Sequence record: OM735461.1
Strand: one strand, 5' to 3'
DNA length: 38,270 bases
From: Escherichia phage BUCT618
Under the pieces are notes generated by a model that saw nothing but the letters and a program-made list of their open reading frames with translations, had not been told where the DNA came from and made no database searches. Within the stretch, counting starts at the first letter, position 1; each line of letters starts with the position of its first letter. Of the stretch, positions 28,146 to 36,395 are shown in pieces. Position numbers and translations under genes: made by a program.

Positions 28146-28991
28146 TCAGAACTCAATTACATTACTTGCGTAGCAGCGGCAGTTTATTGCCTGCCCTGGA
28201 AAAGTATCGCGAGCACCAGCACCATCTGACCAGTTATACGTCTTGCCGTTACGCGCATAGTGCGATGGTTTGGCTTTCGGGTATCGGCCTGATGGGTTTC
28301 CTCGCACCCGCTGGTCTTCCATCGTGCGCCATACGAATTGCTTGATTTCCAGGTCTGCCGCACGTTGCTTTGTTACCTGCATATTCATAGTGGCGACCTG
28401 GTCACGGGCAATCAGGTCGGCGCGTCGTTTAGCAACCCCGGTTTCGGCCCGAATGTTTTTGCTGATGTCGCGCCATGACAGGCCATCGCGAAATCCAGAG
28501 TTAACGGCAGTTGTAATCTTGCTCAGGTAGCTTTGCGTCAGATTGGTAATCAGCGCAGTATTTTCCTCAGCCCATGCGTCAATATTTGCGCTCATGTCAG
28601 TTCCTGGCAATGCCACGTTGACGCCAATGGCCTGGTTGATTGCTTTCTGCCAGTTACCATCAATTGCCGAACGAATAGAATCGCCAATGTTGCGCACGAA
28701 TGACAGTCCCGGAATATTACCCGTTGCCAGTGAGCGAATAGCTCGCAGAACAGCAGACAGGTCATCAACCCGATAACCATCCTCACGCGCCGCAATCTCT
28801 GCTTTTAATTCATCAGCGATGCGGGTTTTCAGCTCGGCATTAATGCCGTCAATGATGCCGCGCAGCATCTTCGCGTACTGCTGTTCAATCCGTACAGGGT
28901 GACGGGCTGGCAGCAGAACCTTACGCTTCCGCTTGTCAGGCTTCAGTGCTTCCAGTTGTTTCTGAAATTCCGTTTGTGCCATTTTCGCCAC
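28146..28991 (-). CDS. Head morphogenesis protein (Mu F / SPP1 gp7 family)
   Basis: C-terminal FVWRTMEDQRVRGNP ... GQAINCRCY signature. Confidence 0.75.
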   Translation of the reverse strand: MAKMAQTEFQKQLEALKPDKRKRKVLLPARHPVRIEQQYAKMLRGIIDGINAELKTRIADELKAEIAAREDGYRVDDLSAVLRAIRSLATGNIPGLSFVRNIGDSIRSAIDGNWQKAINQAIGVNVALPGTDMSANIDAWAEENTALITNLTQSYLSKITTAVNSGFRDGLSWRDISKNIRAETGVAKRRADLIARDQVATMNMQVTKQRAADLEIKQFVWRTMEDQRVRGNPSGRYPKAKPSHYARNGKTYNWSDGAGARDTFPGQAINCRCYASNVIEF

Positions 28992-30303
28992 CGAGTGAGT
29001 TAAGACCTAACGGATCCTGTTCTTCTTCATCCTCCGGCAATTCTTCCAGCGAGAACAGGCCAGTATCGTTGGCCAGATTGCGCACCTCGTTAGGCGTGAG
29101 CGCAGCAGATTGCTCAAGCGTTGAAATTGCCGTCGCTACCGATGCCATCGAGGTTGCTTTCTTGTCTGGTGACATCGCACTAAGTTCTGCCCACCGCCAG
29201 TCGAAGTCCAGTCCGGTCTGCATCTTCACGTTATCAATGCATGACTGCACCAGCGCAGACGGATCGCCTTCCTGAATCGCGGCAATCTTGTCGTAGTAAA
29301 CCGACAGGATTTCCTCCTGGCTGGCATTCAGCCCTGCAGGAGATTTCCCGAACAGCATCATTTCGGAAAGGCCAGTCGCGCCAGCTACCGCAGTGGCAAA
29401 GCGGTCAACGAAGTCGGGGATTCCCTGGAGTGATCGGTTAACGAACTCGAATGACTCTTCCTTATCGACAACCGCCGCCCGGTAGATTGACTTACCCTGG
29501 TTGAAGGCGTTTGCACGGTTCATTACTGCCTGCGATGCCGTCATCCCCATTGATTGCGCAGCTGTCAGGTTAGGCACGGAAAGAATGCCAACCCCTGACT
29601 CTTTCAGCAGGAATGAAGCATCCTGTAATGTCTCGTTGTATGCGGCAATTGCCGACCATGCCATCGCAACATAAGAGCCACCCCATCCCTGCAGTTCAAT
29701 CTGGGTATCGTAAGGAACCGGGCAGCCATAGAAAGGCGCAATGCGGTCGCGGTGATACGTCACGCCGTTGCGAGCCACATAATTCAGTGCACGCCCATAA
29801 TGCGGGGACTCAGGGTCAAGGTCGATTTCATCAACACTTAATGACCAGCGGTCGAGCGGCACCAGGTCAATGATGGCCGCCGTTTCTGATGGGGGTGATT
29901 CTGGCGGGCGAGAATCGTCGTAAACCTTCAGCACGCCAGCACCACCGAACAGGCGTGACCAGGCGATACCCTTGCGAACTGCCGCGCGCAGACCAATCTC
30001 ATCAAGCATGGTTTCAACGCGCTTTTTGTCCTCACCATCCAGACCGGTGATTTCGATAAACTTGCGTGTCGCATCCTCTGCGGGGAGGTCGCAGATTTTA
30101 CGCGCCAGCCAGTCCGACAAATAGATGTTAGTCAGCACCTGCTGATTGTTGTGCATCAGGTGCGCAAATGCAGGAGACAGAACTTGCCCGAGGCTCTTGT
30201 CGATGCCAGGAATACCCTGCCCGGATATTGGGTTAGCCCACGCATCAACGCGGTAAGACATGCTGCCGTCATTATGCAGCTTGAGGTGGGGCTTCTTAGC
30301 CAT
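28936..30303 (-). CDS. Portal protein
   Basis: 455 aa immediately upstream of the Mu F-like gene; acidic C-terminal tail; RBS GAGGG. Confidence 0.65.
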   Translation of the reverse strand: MAKKPHLKLHNDGSMSYRVDAWANPISGQGIPGIDKSLGQVLSPAFAHLMHNNQQVLTNIYLSDWLARKICDLPAEDATRKFIEITGLDGEDKKRVETMLDEIGLRAAVRKGIAWSRLFGGAGVLKVYDDSRPPESPPSETAAIIDLVPLDRWSLSVDEIDLDPESPHYGRALNYVARNGVTYHRDRIAPFYGCPVPYDTQIELQGWGGSYVAMAWSAIAAYNETLQDASFLLKESGVGILSVPNLTAAQSMGMTASQAVMNRANAFNQGKSIYRAAVVDKEESFEFVNRSLQGIPDFVDRFATAVAGATGLSEMMLFGKSPAGLNASQEEILSVYYDKIAAIQEGDPSALVQSCIDNVKMQTGLDFDWRWAELSAMSPDKKATSMASVATAISTLEQSAALTPNEVRNLANDTGLFSLEELPEDEEEQDPLGLNSLGGENGTNGISETTGSTEA

Positions 30304-30355
30304 TATCAGTCCCTCATGAAAATTAACGTCAGTATATCACGGAGGATTGGATAAG

Positions 30356-30382
30356 AAAAAACCCGCCGAAGCGGGTCTTTTT
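30356..30382 (-). terminator. Rho-independent terminator (bidirectional shape) between the tRNA and portal gene
   Basis: ACCCGC-cgaa-GCGGGT hairpin flanked by A run and T run. Confidence 0.6.
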
Positions 30383-30386
30383 GATT

Positions 30387-30463
30387 TGGCGCACACGGAC
30401 GGATTTGAACCTTCAATCAGCCGATTATAAGTCGGTTGCTTTAACCAATTAAGCTACGCATGC
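30387..30463 (-). tRNA. tRNA, 77 nt, anticodon UAU (would read AUA, Ile)
   Basis: Hand-folded cloverleaf: 7-bp acceptor stem with two G-U pairs, D loop AATTGGTTA, anticodon loop CUUAUAA, T loop TTCAAAT, discriminator G, encoded CCA. One mismatch each in the anticodon and T stems. Confidence 0.65.
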
Positions 30464-30498
30464 GAAATTTGCTGGTTTAAGCATTGCCAGCGTGCTTT

Positions 30499-30564
30499 CT
30501 TAATATCCAGCCCCGTAACCCATACATACCCCTACATATGATTGCGATAACGCTGGATATTAAG
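30499..30564. repeat. Perfect 13-bp inverted repeat with 40-nt spacer
   Basis: CTTAATATCCAGC at 30499-30511 and GCTGGATATTAAG at 30552-30564. Confidence 0.6.
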
Positions 30565-30818
30565 TGTTGCGGCGTTTCGCGATTAACTGAAACTGGCATA
30601 ACAATGGATGCAACCCTATCAAAATAATCAATTTGGCATTACCACAACGGCAAGAGCACTGCATGGTTTTACCATTACATCCGAAGATTTATCTGGTGTA
30701 GTCAATGCCCTTGCCTGTTGTGTGCCGGTTACGCGTCCGGCGTCAACCAAGTTGACCGATTCACAGACACAACGGGAGCAACGTTGTGATGTAAGTATCA
30801 CCCAATCTGATTATCGTG

Positions 30819-31049
30819 TCAACCTTTCCGCGATGGCATTTTGTCGTCGTTGCACTTTTTCTTCCACGTTTCGTTGTGGGTCAGAATCTGGCGCAGCGTA
30901 CCATCGGTCATATGGTCGATTTCAGTGCGGTCCAGCCAGATTGGGTGCACCCAGTAGCAGCTGGTGTCAATTACCTGGACGGGTCCATTCGTCGCGCAGC
31001 TTGTCGCGGACAGAGCCAGGATTGCTGCGCAGAACTTCATCTTTAACAT
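30819..31049 (-). CDS. Rz1-like o-spanin lipoprotein, overlapping the 3' end of the Rz-like gene
   Basis: Signal-peptide-like N-terminus with lipobox-like LSATSC; different frame from the Rz-like ORF. Confidence 0.45.
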   Translation of the reverse strand: MLKMKFCAAILALSATSCATNGPVQVIDTSCYWVHPIWLDRTEIDHMTDGTLRQILTHNETWKKKCNDDKMPSRKG

Positions 31050-31230
31050 CGTTTGCCACCTTAACGGATTCTGTGCGGGCTTTCTCTTGTGCCAATGCCT
31101 GTTGCGCCTGCTGGATGTATGATTTAGATTTCTGCTCTGACTTACCGCGAGACTTACCGCCGAGCCAGAGTCCGACAGCGCCGATGATTAGCGCGGTGAT
31201 TGCGCCGATGATGGTGCTCAGGGTTATCAT
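30967..31230 (-). CDS. Rz-like i-spanin
   Basis: N-terminal transmembrane helix followed by a charged coiled coil; follows the holin. Confidence 0.5.
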   Translation of the reverse strand: MITLSTIIGAITALIIGAVGLWLGGKSRGKSEQKSKSYIQQAQQALAQEKARTESVKVANDVKDEVLRSNPGSVRDKLRDEWTRPGN

Positions 31231-31263
31231 TTATCAGCCTCCTGAAACCTTTCTGCCTTCCGG

Positions 31264-31488
31264 TTATCCAGCGGTCGAATCATCTTTCTTCTCCCTCACG
31301 GCAATCAGCTTGTTAACGGAGTTGCCAGCAACGACGACGGCGAGGTAAATGCCGAACATATCTGTCGTCAGCGTGTTCTGATATGCCTGCCAGACGATGA
31401 CGCCTGACGCAATCATGACGCCGATGAACTGGCATGTTTTTGACAGAGAAAAGTCGCCGACTGGCGAGGTTAGCAGGTCTTTAAGCAT
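31264..31488 (-). CDS. Holin (two predicted transmembrane segments)
   Basis: 74 aa with two hydrophobic helices and a charged C-terminus; sits between endolysin and spanins. Confidence 0.5.
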   Translation of the reverse strand: MLKDLLTSPVGDFSLSKTCQFIGVMIASGVIVWQAYQNTLTTDMFGIYLAVVVAGNSVNKLIAVREKKDDSTAG

Positions 31489-31556
31489 CGGTTCCCCAGA
31501 ATAGCGCGACCAGGATTAGCACTACTGTAGCACCAATACAGACCTCGACCAAATAA

Positions 31557-32105
31557 TCAAAGGGAAATGCGATTGGCAATCCAGCCATATGCGAAAGCCT
31601 CGTTATCCTGACGGCCTTCCGCCAGCTCAATATACCGCGCACCCTGGAGGCAGTTCAGTGCCTTGAGCATCACAGTTTCACCTTGCTTGCCGCGCAACCC
31701 CAGATAGCTTTTAAGGGCTGAAGCAGTAGCAGGGCCAACCTTTCCGTCGACAGCAATATCAGCGTATGTCTTGCCCTGGTTGTTAAAGGCGTTCAGGCAG
31801 CGCTGAAGGAACTTTCCCGCCACTGATGGCCCCATGTTAACCCCTGTATCAACCACTTTGGCAGCGATGGATTCAGACAGCGGAATAAGCAGGTCAAACT
31901 TTGGCTTCGATACGTATTGAGTGTAGTAGATGTTTTCGGCAAGTGAGATGGGGAGGTCTTTCATTGCGCCGGTGTAACCATTGGCAACAGCTACCGACTT
32001 TGTAATGCCGTACATCGTTTCGCCGCCGGAGTCGTTTGGGTTATTTGAGTAACCACCTTCGACTTTGATGATGTCGTCAATAATTGACTTTACAGCCGGG
32101 GTCAT
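31557..32105 (-). CDS. Endolysin (GH108-type muramidase with PG_binding_3-like C-terminal domain)
   Basis: N-terminal IIDDIIKVEGGYSNNPNDSGGETMYGIT is the GH108 hallmark. Confidence 0.8.
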   Translation of the reverse strand: MTPAVKSIIDDIIKVEGGYSNNPNDSGGETMYGITKSVAVANGYTGAMKDLPISLAENIYYTQYVSKPKFDLLIPLSESIAAKVVDTGVNMGPSVAGKFLQRCLNAFNNQGKTYADIAVDGKVGPATASALKSYLGLRGKQGETVMLKALNCLQGARYIELAEGRQDNEAFAYGWIANRISL

Positions 32106-32285
32106 AAAAACCTCATTATTAAGTTTTGGCTCGATTTCGCTCTAGCGGGTTCGTCGTGGCATACTTGCCTGTCGGCGATGCCCCGCTTCCTATCCAGGAA
32201 AGCGAAGCCAATTTAACATATAAAAAAGCAAAAGTCAAAAGAAGGAGCACAAAATGACGCTGGTGGAAATAGATTGTTATAGTGT

Positions 32286-32313
32286 TTGACATAAGGCATA
32301 GATGCGGTAAGAT
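32286..32313 (+). promoter_or_regulatory. Candidate early promoter for the right-hand plus-strand block
   Basis: TTGACA, 16-bp spacer, TAAGAT; shares TAGTGTTTGACATAA with the promoter at 3972. Confidence 0.5.
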
Positions 32314-32343
32314 TTAGCCATCACCAACAAGTGGAGCAATAAC

Positions 32344-32649
32344 ATGAAAGAGTTTAAAGGTACGCCTGGGCCGTGGGTTGCAGATAAGACATCTCGCGCG
32401 ATAGGCCCAATTAGCCATGATGATGACCAGTCTTACGGAATTTTAATTCCTGTTGCCTGGGTGGAGTTTGACCAAGATGAGGGGATTAAGGCGTCAAACC
32501 AACGCCTCATCGCTGCAGCGCCTGAGTTGCTGGAGGCCTTGAAGAAAATGGTCAGCAAAGCGTATAAGCAAAACTGGAATGATGCATACCCAGAAGAGAT
32601 TCAATCAGCACAGGCAGCAATCAACAAAGCACTGGGAGAAAAACAATGA
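32344..32649 (+). CDS. Hypothetical protein (101 aa)
   Basis: First ORF after the promoter. Confidence 0.5.
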   Translation: MKEFKGTPGPWVADKTSRAIGPISHDDDQSYGILIPVAWVEFDQDEGIKASNQRLIAAAPELLEALKKMVSKAYKQNWNDAYPEEIQSAQAAINKALGEKQ

Positions 32650-33527
32650 AACTTATCGACTTGCTGGTTAAAGAGTTACCGCAGTGGGGCGGGTGGCCTG
32701 AAGGTGCGATAAATGCTACACAAGATAAAGATGGGGTGGTGAATTTCTATGAAGGTGCAACACCTGTATTTGCCTCGGTCGCCTGGCTTGGTGGTGACTG
32801 GTGCGGAAATGAGTTTAACACAATTACGGCCAGCGACTACGACACCGCCATTGTCACCCGAGAACAATACGAATCCGCGCTCGCAGCCAGTAAAGCCGTT
32901 GTTGGCCATGACGGATGGATTCAATGGGCTGGCGGTGAGTGCCCGGTTGATAGTGACGCAATTGTTGAAGTCAAATACCGAAATCCGAGCCGGAACAAAT
33001 TCAATAATGATCGTGCTGGCGATTTTACCTGGTCACATGATGGATTTGGCGGTGACATCATCGCCTACCGCCTGCAACAGCCGACGAAATCAGAACAGGC
33101 TTGCGATGACGCTGCGGAAGCTGATGACGAAGCAGACCTGAACGAGTGCATTGGTCAGGATATTGATATTCCGGAATGGAATGGTGAAGGGTTGCCGCCA
33201 GTTGGCACTATCTGCCAGGCCAAAGTCCCGCGCTCAATTACTGGGTGGGAATGGCGAAGGGTGAAGGTTGTCGAGTCTGGCATCCCAGGCGCAGAGAAAG
33301 AGGTGCTTGTTTATGACCTGGAGACAACAATCCCATCATGGGCAGATGAATTCCGACCACTCCGCACCGAAGCGGAAAAGGCGCGTGAGAAATTGGCCGC
33401 GTCGCTTCATATTGCGGCTGGCGCCAGTCCAATCGAATTAAACGGCATAGGGACTTTATACTTCAAGCTGGCTGATGCCATCATTTCAGGAAGCGTTTTC
33501 GGAACTACATTCAAGGCGGGTAAATAA
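32646..33527 (+). CDS. Hypothetical protein (293 aa)
   Basis: ATGA overlap with the upstream gene. Confidence 0.5.
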   Translation: MKLIDLLVKELPQWGGWPEGAINATQDKDGVVNFYEGATPVFASVAWLGGDWCGNEFNTITASDYDTAIVTREQYESALAASKAVVGHDGWIQWAGGECPVDSDAIVEVKYRNPSRNKFNNDRAGDFTWSHDGFGGDIIAYRLQQPTKSEQACDDAAEADDEADLNECIGQDIDIPEWNGEGLPPVGTICQAKVPRSITGWEWRRVKVVESGIPGAEKEVLVYDLETTIPSWADEFRPLRTEAEKAREKLAASLHIAAGASPIELNGIGTLYFKLADAIISGSVFGTTFKAGK

Positions 33528-33751
33528 TGGATATTGACGTAGTTAACCATCCATCGCACTACACTAAGGGCAGAATCGAGTGCATTGATGCCATTGATTC
33601 AGCCACCACCGGAAAATCAGGAATCGAAGCCGTATGCGTGGCAAATATCATTCGTTACCTGTGGCGCTACGAAGAAAAAGGTGGCCTTGAAAGTGTAAGG
33701 AAGGCGCAGTGGTATCTTAACAAATTAATCTCTGAACTGGAGTCAAAATAA
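33527..33751 (+). CDS. DUF3310-like phage protein
   Basis: [16 protein letters not shown] ... [13 protein letters not shown] ... [10 protein letters not shown]. Confidence 0.55.
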   Translation: MDIDVVNHPSHYTKGRIECIDAIDSATTGKSGIEAVCVANIIRYLWRYEEKGGLESVRKAQWYLNKLISELESK

Positions 33752-34275
33752 TGGCATCGAGAGGCGTTAACCGTGTAACAATCCTGGGCAACCTCGGCAA
33801 TGACCCGGATGTAAAATACACCGCATCAGGAAGCGCAATCGCAAACCTGACGGTGGCAACATCTGAGTCATGGAATGACAAGGCAACCGGTGAGAAGAAG
33901 GATTTGACCGAATGGCATCGCGTCGTGCTGTTCGGCAAACTGGCAGAGGTGGCAGGTGAATACCTCCGAAAAGGTTCGCAAGTCTATATTGAAGGCCAGC
34001 TTCGAACCCGCAAATGGACCGACCAATCCGGCCAGGAGAAATACACCACAGAGATTGTTGTCGGCATGAATGGGGTGATGCAGATGATTGGCGGAAAGCA
34101 GGATAGCAAGCCTCAGCAACAAAGCGGATGTGGGCAGCCTCAACAACCAAAGCCGCAGCAGCAGAGCAAGCCAGCACCAGCCGGGCATAATGTTCCTCCA
34201 GTGGACTTTTCTGACGACATTCCGTTCGCTACCATTGGTTTGCAGTACGGGAAATCGAGAATCTACGCCCTATAA
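33751..34275 (+). CDS. ssb: Single-stranded DNA-binding protein with C-terminal extension
   Basis: OB-fold N-terminus ([16 protein letters not shown] ... [13 protein letters not shown]), Gln/Pro-rich linker, DFSDDIPF tip, then 15 further residues before the stop. Confidence 0.85.
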   Translation: MASRGVNRVTILGNLGNDPDVKYTASGSAIANLTVATSESWNDKATGEKKDLTEWHRVVLFGKLAEVAGEYLRKGSQVYIEGQLRTRKWTDQSGQEKYTTEIVVGMNGVMQMIGGKQDSKPQQQSGCGQPQQPKPQQQSKPAPAGHNVPPVDFSDDIPFATIGLQYGKSRIYAL

Positions 34276-34293
34276 TTATCACCATATCAACCA

Positions 34294-34314
34294 ACCCGCT
34301 ACGGCGGGTTTTTC
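34294..34314 (+). terminator. Rho-independent terminator after ssb
   Basis: ACCCGC-tacg-GCGGGT hairpin followed by TTTTT. Confidence 0.6.
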
Positions 34315-34331
34315 ATCTTTTACGCAATCTG

Positions 34332-34360
34332 TTACAATTTCAAGATTGTTCCAGTATATT
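34332..34360 (+). promoter_or_regulatory. Candidate promoter
   Basis: TTACAA, 17-bp spacer, TATATT, about 50 nt upstream of the ATG at 34409. Confidence 0.4.
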
Positions 34361-34408
34361 CACTCAAAGGCAGGCGTGTACCCTAAGGAAAGAAGAAAGG
34401 GGGTGCAT

Positions 34409-34726
34409 ATGCCAAACAGGATGAACATGTCTACAGTCGAAGAGCGGCTAACGAAAGTTGAGACGAATCTTGCGAACCTTGCAGATGCACAAAGGGATGT
34501 TAGCCAGGCTTTAAACAAGGTGTCTGAGTCCATCCACGCCATCCAGATTAGCATTGAGCGCCAGAACGCGAGTATTCATCAGATAGTTGAGTTGCGTCGT
34601 GATGTTGATGCAATGTCGAAGGATGTGGATAAGCTAAAAGGCAAGGTGTGGTGGTTAGGCGGCGTGGCAGCCGCCTGTACTTTCATTATCGTGAACTTCT
34701 CGCGCATGAAAGACTTCTTTCACTGA
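34409..34726 (+). CDS. Coiled-coil protein with C-terminal transmembrane anchor (XhlA-like architecture)
   Basis: Start placed at ATG 34409 after a purine-rich RBS; the ORF-track upstream extension is unlikely to be coding. Confidence 0.5.
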   Translation: MPNRMNMSTVEERLTKVETNLANLADAQRDVSQALNKVSESIHAIQISIERQNASIHQIVELRRDVDAMSKDVDKLKGKVWWLGGVAAACTFIIVNFSRMKDFFH

Positions 34727-34849
34727 TGCGGATTATATCCATGTCGCGCATGGTTGCATGACGTGCGCGGGCGAAGTAGTATCGCGCGAATGTGAATCCA
34801 TAGCGGCGCAATCCGCCAGCAAATCCCCACCGTTCAATCAGCCACCATT

Positions 34850-34981
34850 TCATTTCATCCTCCCCAGATAGAAGCATACTCCCGCCGCACTGAGATATAT
34901 TGCCGCTGAAATATCGCGGTTGATAGCTGCCGAGAATATTGCCGACAGCACCAGGAAAAGCATTGGCATCCACTTGATCAT
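34850..34981 (-). CDS. Small hydrophobic protein (43 aa), divergent from the 35027 promoter
   Basis: ATG with GAGGGG RBS 7 nt upstream; MIKWMPMLFLVLSAIFSAAINRDISAAIYLSAAGVCFYLGRMK. Confidence 0.3.
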   Translation of the reverse strand: MIKWMPMLFLVLSAIFSAAINRDISAAIYLSAAGVCFYLGRMK

Positions 34982-35026
34982 TTTTTTACCCCTCATCATA
35001 TTTCGCCTCAAATCCACAGATTGTGG

Positions 35027-35054
35027 TTGACATTACCATGATACATGGTAACCT
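35027..35054 (+). promoter_or_regulatory. Candidate promoter with overlapping palindromic operator
   Basis: TTGACA at 35027-35032; palindrome TTACCATG-ATA-CATGGTAA at 35033-35051 covers the spacer and -10 region. Confidence 0.4.
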
Positions 35055-35079
35055 TATCCATATCAACACGGGAGGTAGT

Positions 35080-35196
35080 ATGAATCAGCAGAAATTTGAA
35101 TCAGCACAACGGGCGGCAAGACTGGCAGTTAAGTGTAGAAGCAAAGGCGCATGGAAAGAGGCGATGCGCCTGCTTCGGGAGGCTATTTATGCTTGA
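35080..35196 (+). CDS. Small basic protein (38 aa)
   Basis: ATG after GGGAGG RBS; stop overlaps the next start (ATGCTTGA). Confidence 0.3.
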   Translation: MNQQKFESAQRAARLAVKCRSKGAWKEAMRLLREAIYA

Positions 35197-35335
35197 CCGT
35201 CATTGCCCAATCGACCGCGACGAACGCATCCACGCCGACAGCTGGCAGGATGAGCCAACAGAGGAAGATATTGAGCGCCAGCGCTCAATCATCGAAGCAC
35301 AGGCAGACTTAGAGGAGATGTACAATGGCTGGTGA
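35189..35335 (+). CDS. Small acidic protein (48 aa)
   Basis: ATG start inside ORF-track entry 35096-35335, coupled to the upstream small ORF. Confidence 0.35.
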   Translation: MLDRHCPIDRDERIHADSWQDEPTEEDIERQRSIIEAQADLEEMYNGW

Positions 35336-35501
35336 ATTTGCAGTTTACACATCGGTAGCTGTCGGCGGGAAGAGTGGCCGACAAACCAAGCAAGAAACAC
35401 GCGAGCAGGTCATCGCTCGCAATAGTTTCCCTGGTCCAGACCAGAATCGTTACATTGATAAGTTTTTAGCGGAGCAGAAGAAAAATGAGCAACTGGCATA
35501 A
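35325..35501 (+). CDS. Small protein (58 aa)
   Basis: ATG overlaps the upstream stop; below the ORF-track length cutoff. Confidence 0.3.
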   Translation: MAGEFAVYTSVAVGGKSGRQTKQETREQVIARNSFPGPDQNRYIDKFLAEQKKNEQLA

Positions 35502-35568
35502 CGAACACATCATGCAGTGGCATCGCCGTCGCATTAAGTCAATCATTAACCCTTGTGAGGTTTAACAA

Positions 35569-35955
35569 ATGGCAAAAACTACATATAGTCGAGAAGAACT
35601 TGAGCGCCAACTAGCAGAATCACGCCGCGAGTTCTGGGCAGCAGACGCTACCATTAGCAATCTTGAAATGAAGCTCGCAGACATGGCGGCACAGCTCGCT
35701 AACGCAGAGAACAAGTGCGCAGCGCCGGTATCTGTGCCTGCTGAGCGTGCAGCATTTGAAACCTTCATGGAGAAACGCTTTAAAGACCTTATCGACCGTC
35801 GCCTGGTGAAGAATGGTGATGGTGAATACTTCGCGTGGGACATGCAGGTTGCATGGATTGTCTGGCAAGAGCGCGCCGCTATGCTTAAGTGCTCCGAACC
35901 TGTAACGGACAACACGAATCAGCAATTCGAATCTCTAAGCAGAGGCGACAAATGA
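35569..35955 (+). CDS. Hypothetical protein (128 aa)
   Basis: ORF with GTGAGG RBS. Confidence 0.5.
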   Translation: MAKTTYSREELERQLAESRREFWAADATISNLEMKLADMAAQLANAENKCAAPVSVPAERAAFETFMEKRFKDLIDRRLVKNGDGEYFAWDMQVAWIVWQERAAMLKCSEPVTDNTNQQFESLSRGDK

Positions 35956-36356
35956 ACGGAAAAATAGCACTTCGCGACATCATAAAAGCAATTGTTATTC
36001 TTAAACCTGGCGTTACGATGGCGGTAATTCAGCGGATGATATGGACAAAAACACCAAGCGCAACAATTGGGACGGCGCTGCACTGCATGTCAGCACAAGG
36101 GTTATTTACGACAAGGAGGGTTGAAAACAAAGGAAGGCGAGGATTCAAATGCAATGCCTACTATCCAACGAAGAAGCTACTGGACTCGTTCACGGTTACG
36201 AGCGAGATGCGGGAGTATCTTGGGCTGACGGATGGCGACCTTAACCCAGGGAAGGTGAAGCGCAAGTGCAACACTGTCTTTGAGTCATGTAAACAAAGCC
36301 CGGCAACGAAACGCATCCTTTGGTTTTATGGGCGCGGTGAATTGCCAGCCATCTGA
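35952..36356 (+). CDS. Hypothetical protein (134 aa)
   Basis: Start placed at ATG 35952 (ATGA overlap) rather than ORF-track start 35889. Confidence 0.5.
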   Translation: MNGKIALRDIIKAIVILKPGVTMAVIQRMIWTKTPSATIGTALHCMSAQGLFTTRRVENKGRRGFKCNAYYPTKKLLDSFTVTSEMREYLGLTDGDLNPGKVKRKCNTVFESCKQSPATKRILWFYGRGELPAI

Positions 36357-36395
36357 TTGGTTAAGCGAGGTTATGACGATTATGGAGAAGTTTCG

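Noticed and set aside
30608-31348. 246-aa plus-strand ORF overlapping the spanin and holin genes
   Set aside because: Ser/Arg/Cys-rich low-complexity translation with no RBS; the minus-strand lysis genes explain this region.
32254-32289. 11-codon ORF (MTLVEIDCYSV) after a strong AAGGAG
   Set aside because: Too short to support as a gene and it overlaps the -35 element of the 32286 promoter; it may be a chance ATG.
34686-34973. 95-aa minus-strand ORF with GTG start
   Set aside because: Overlaps the 3' end of the plus-strand gene and gives a Gly/Arg-rich translation; the 43-aa ORF with an RBS in another frame is the better candidate.
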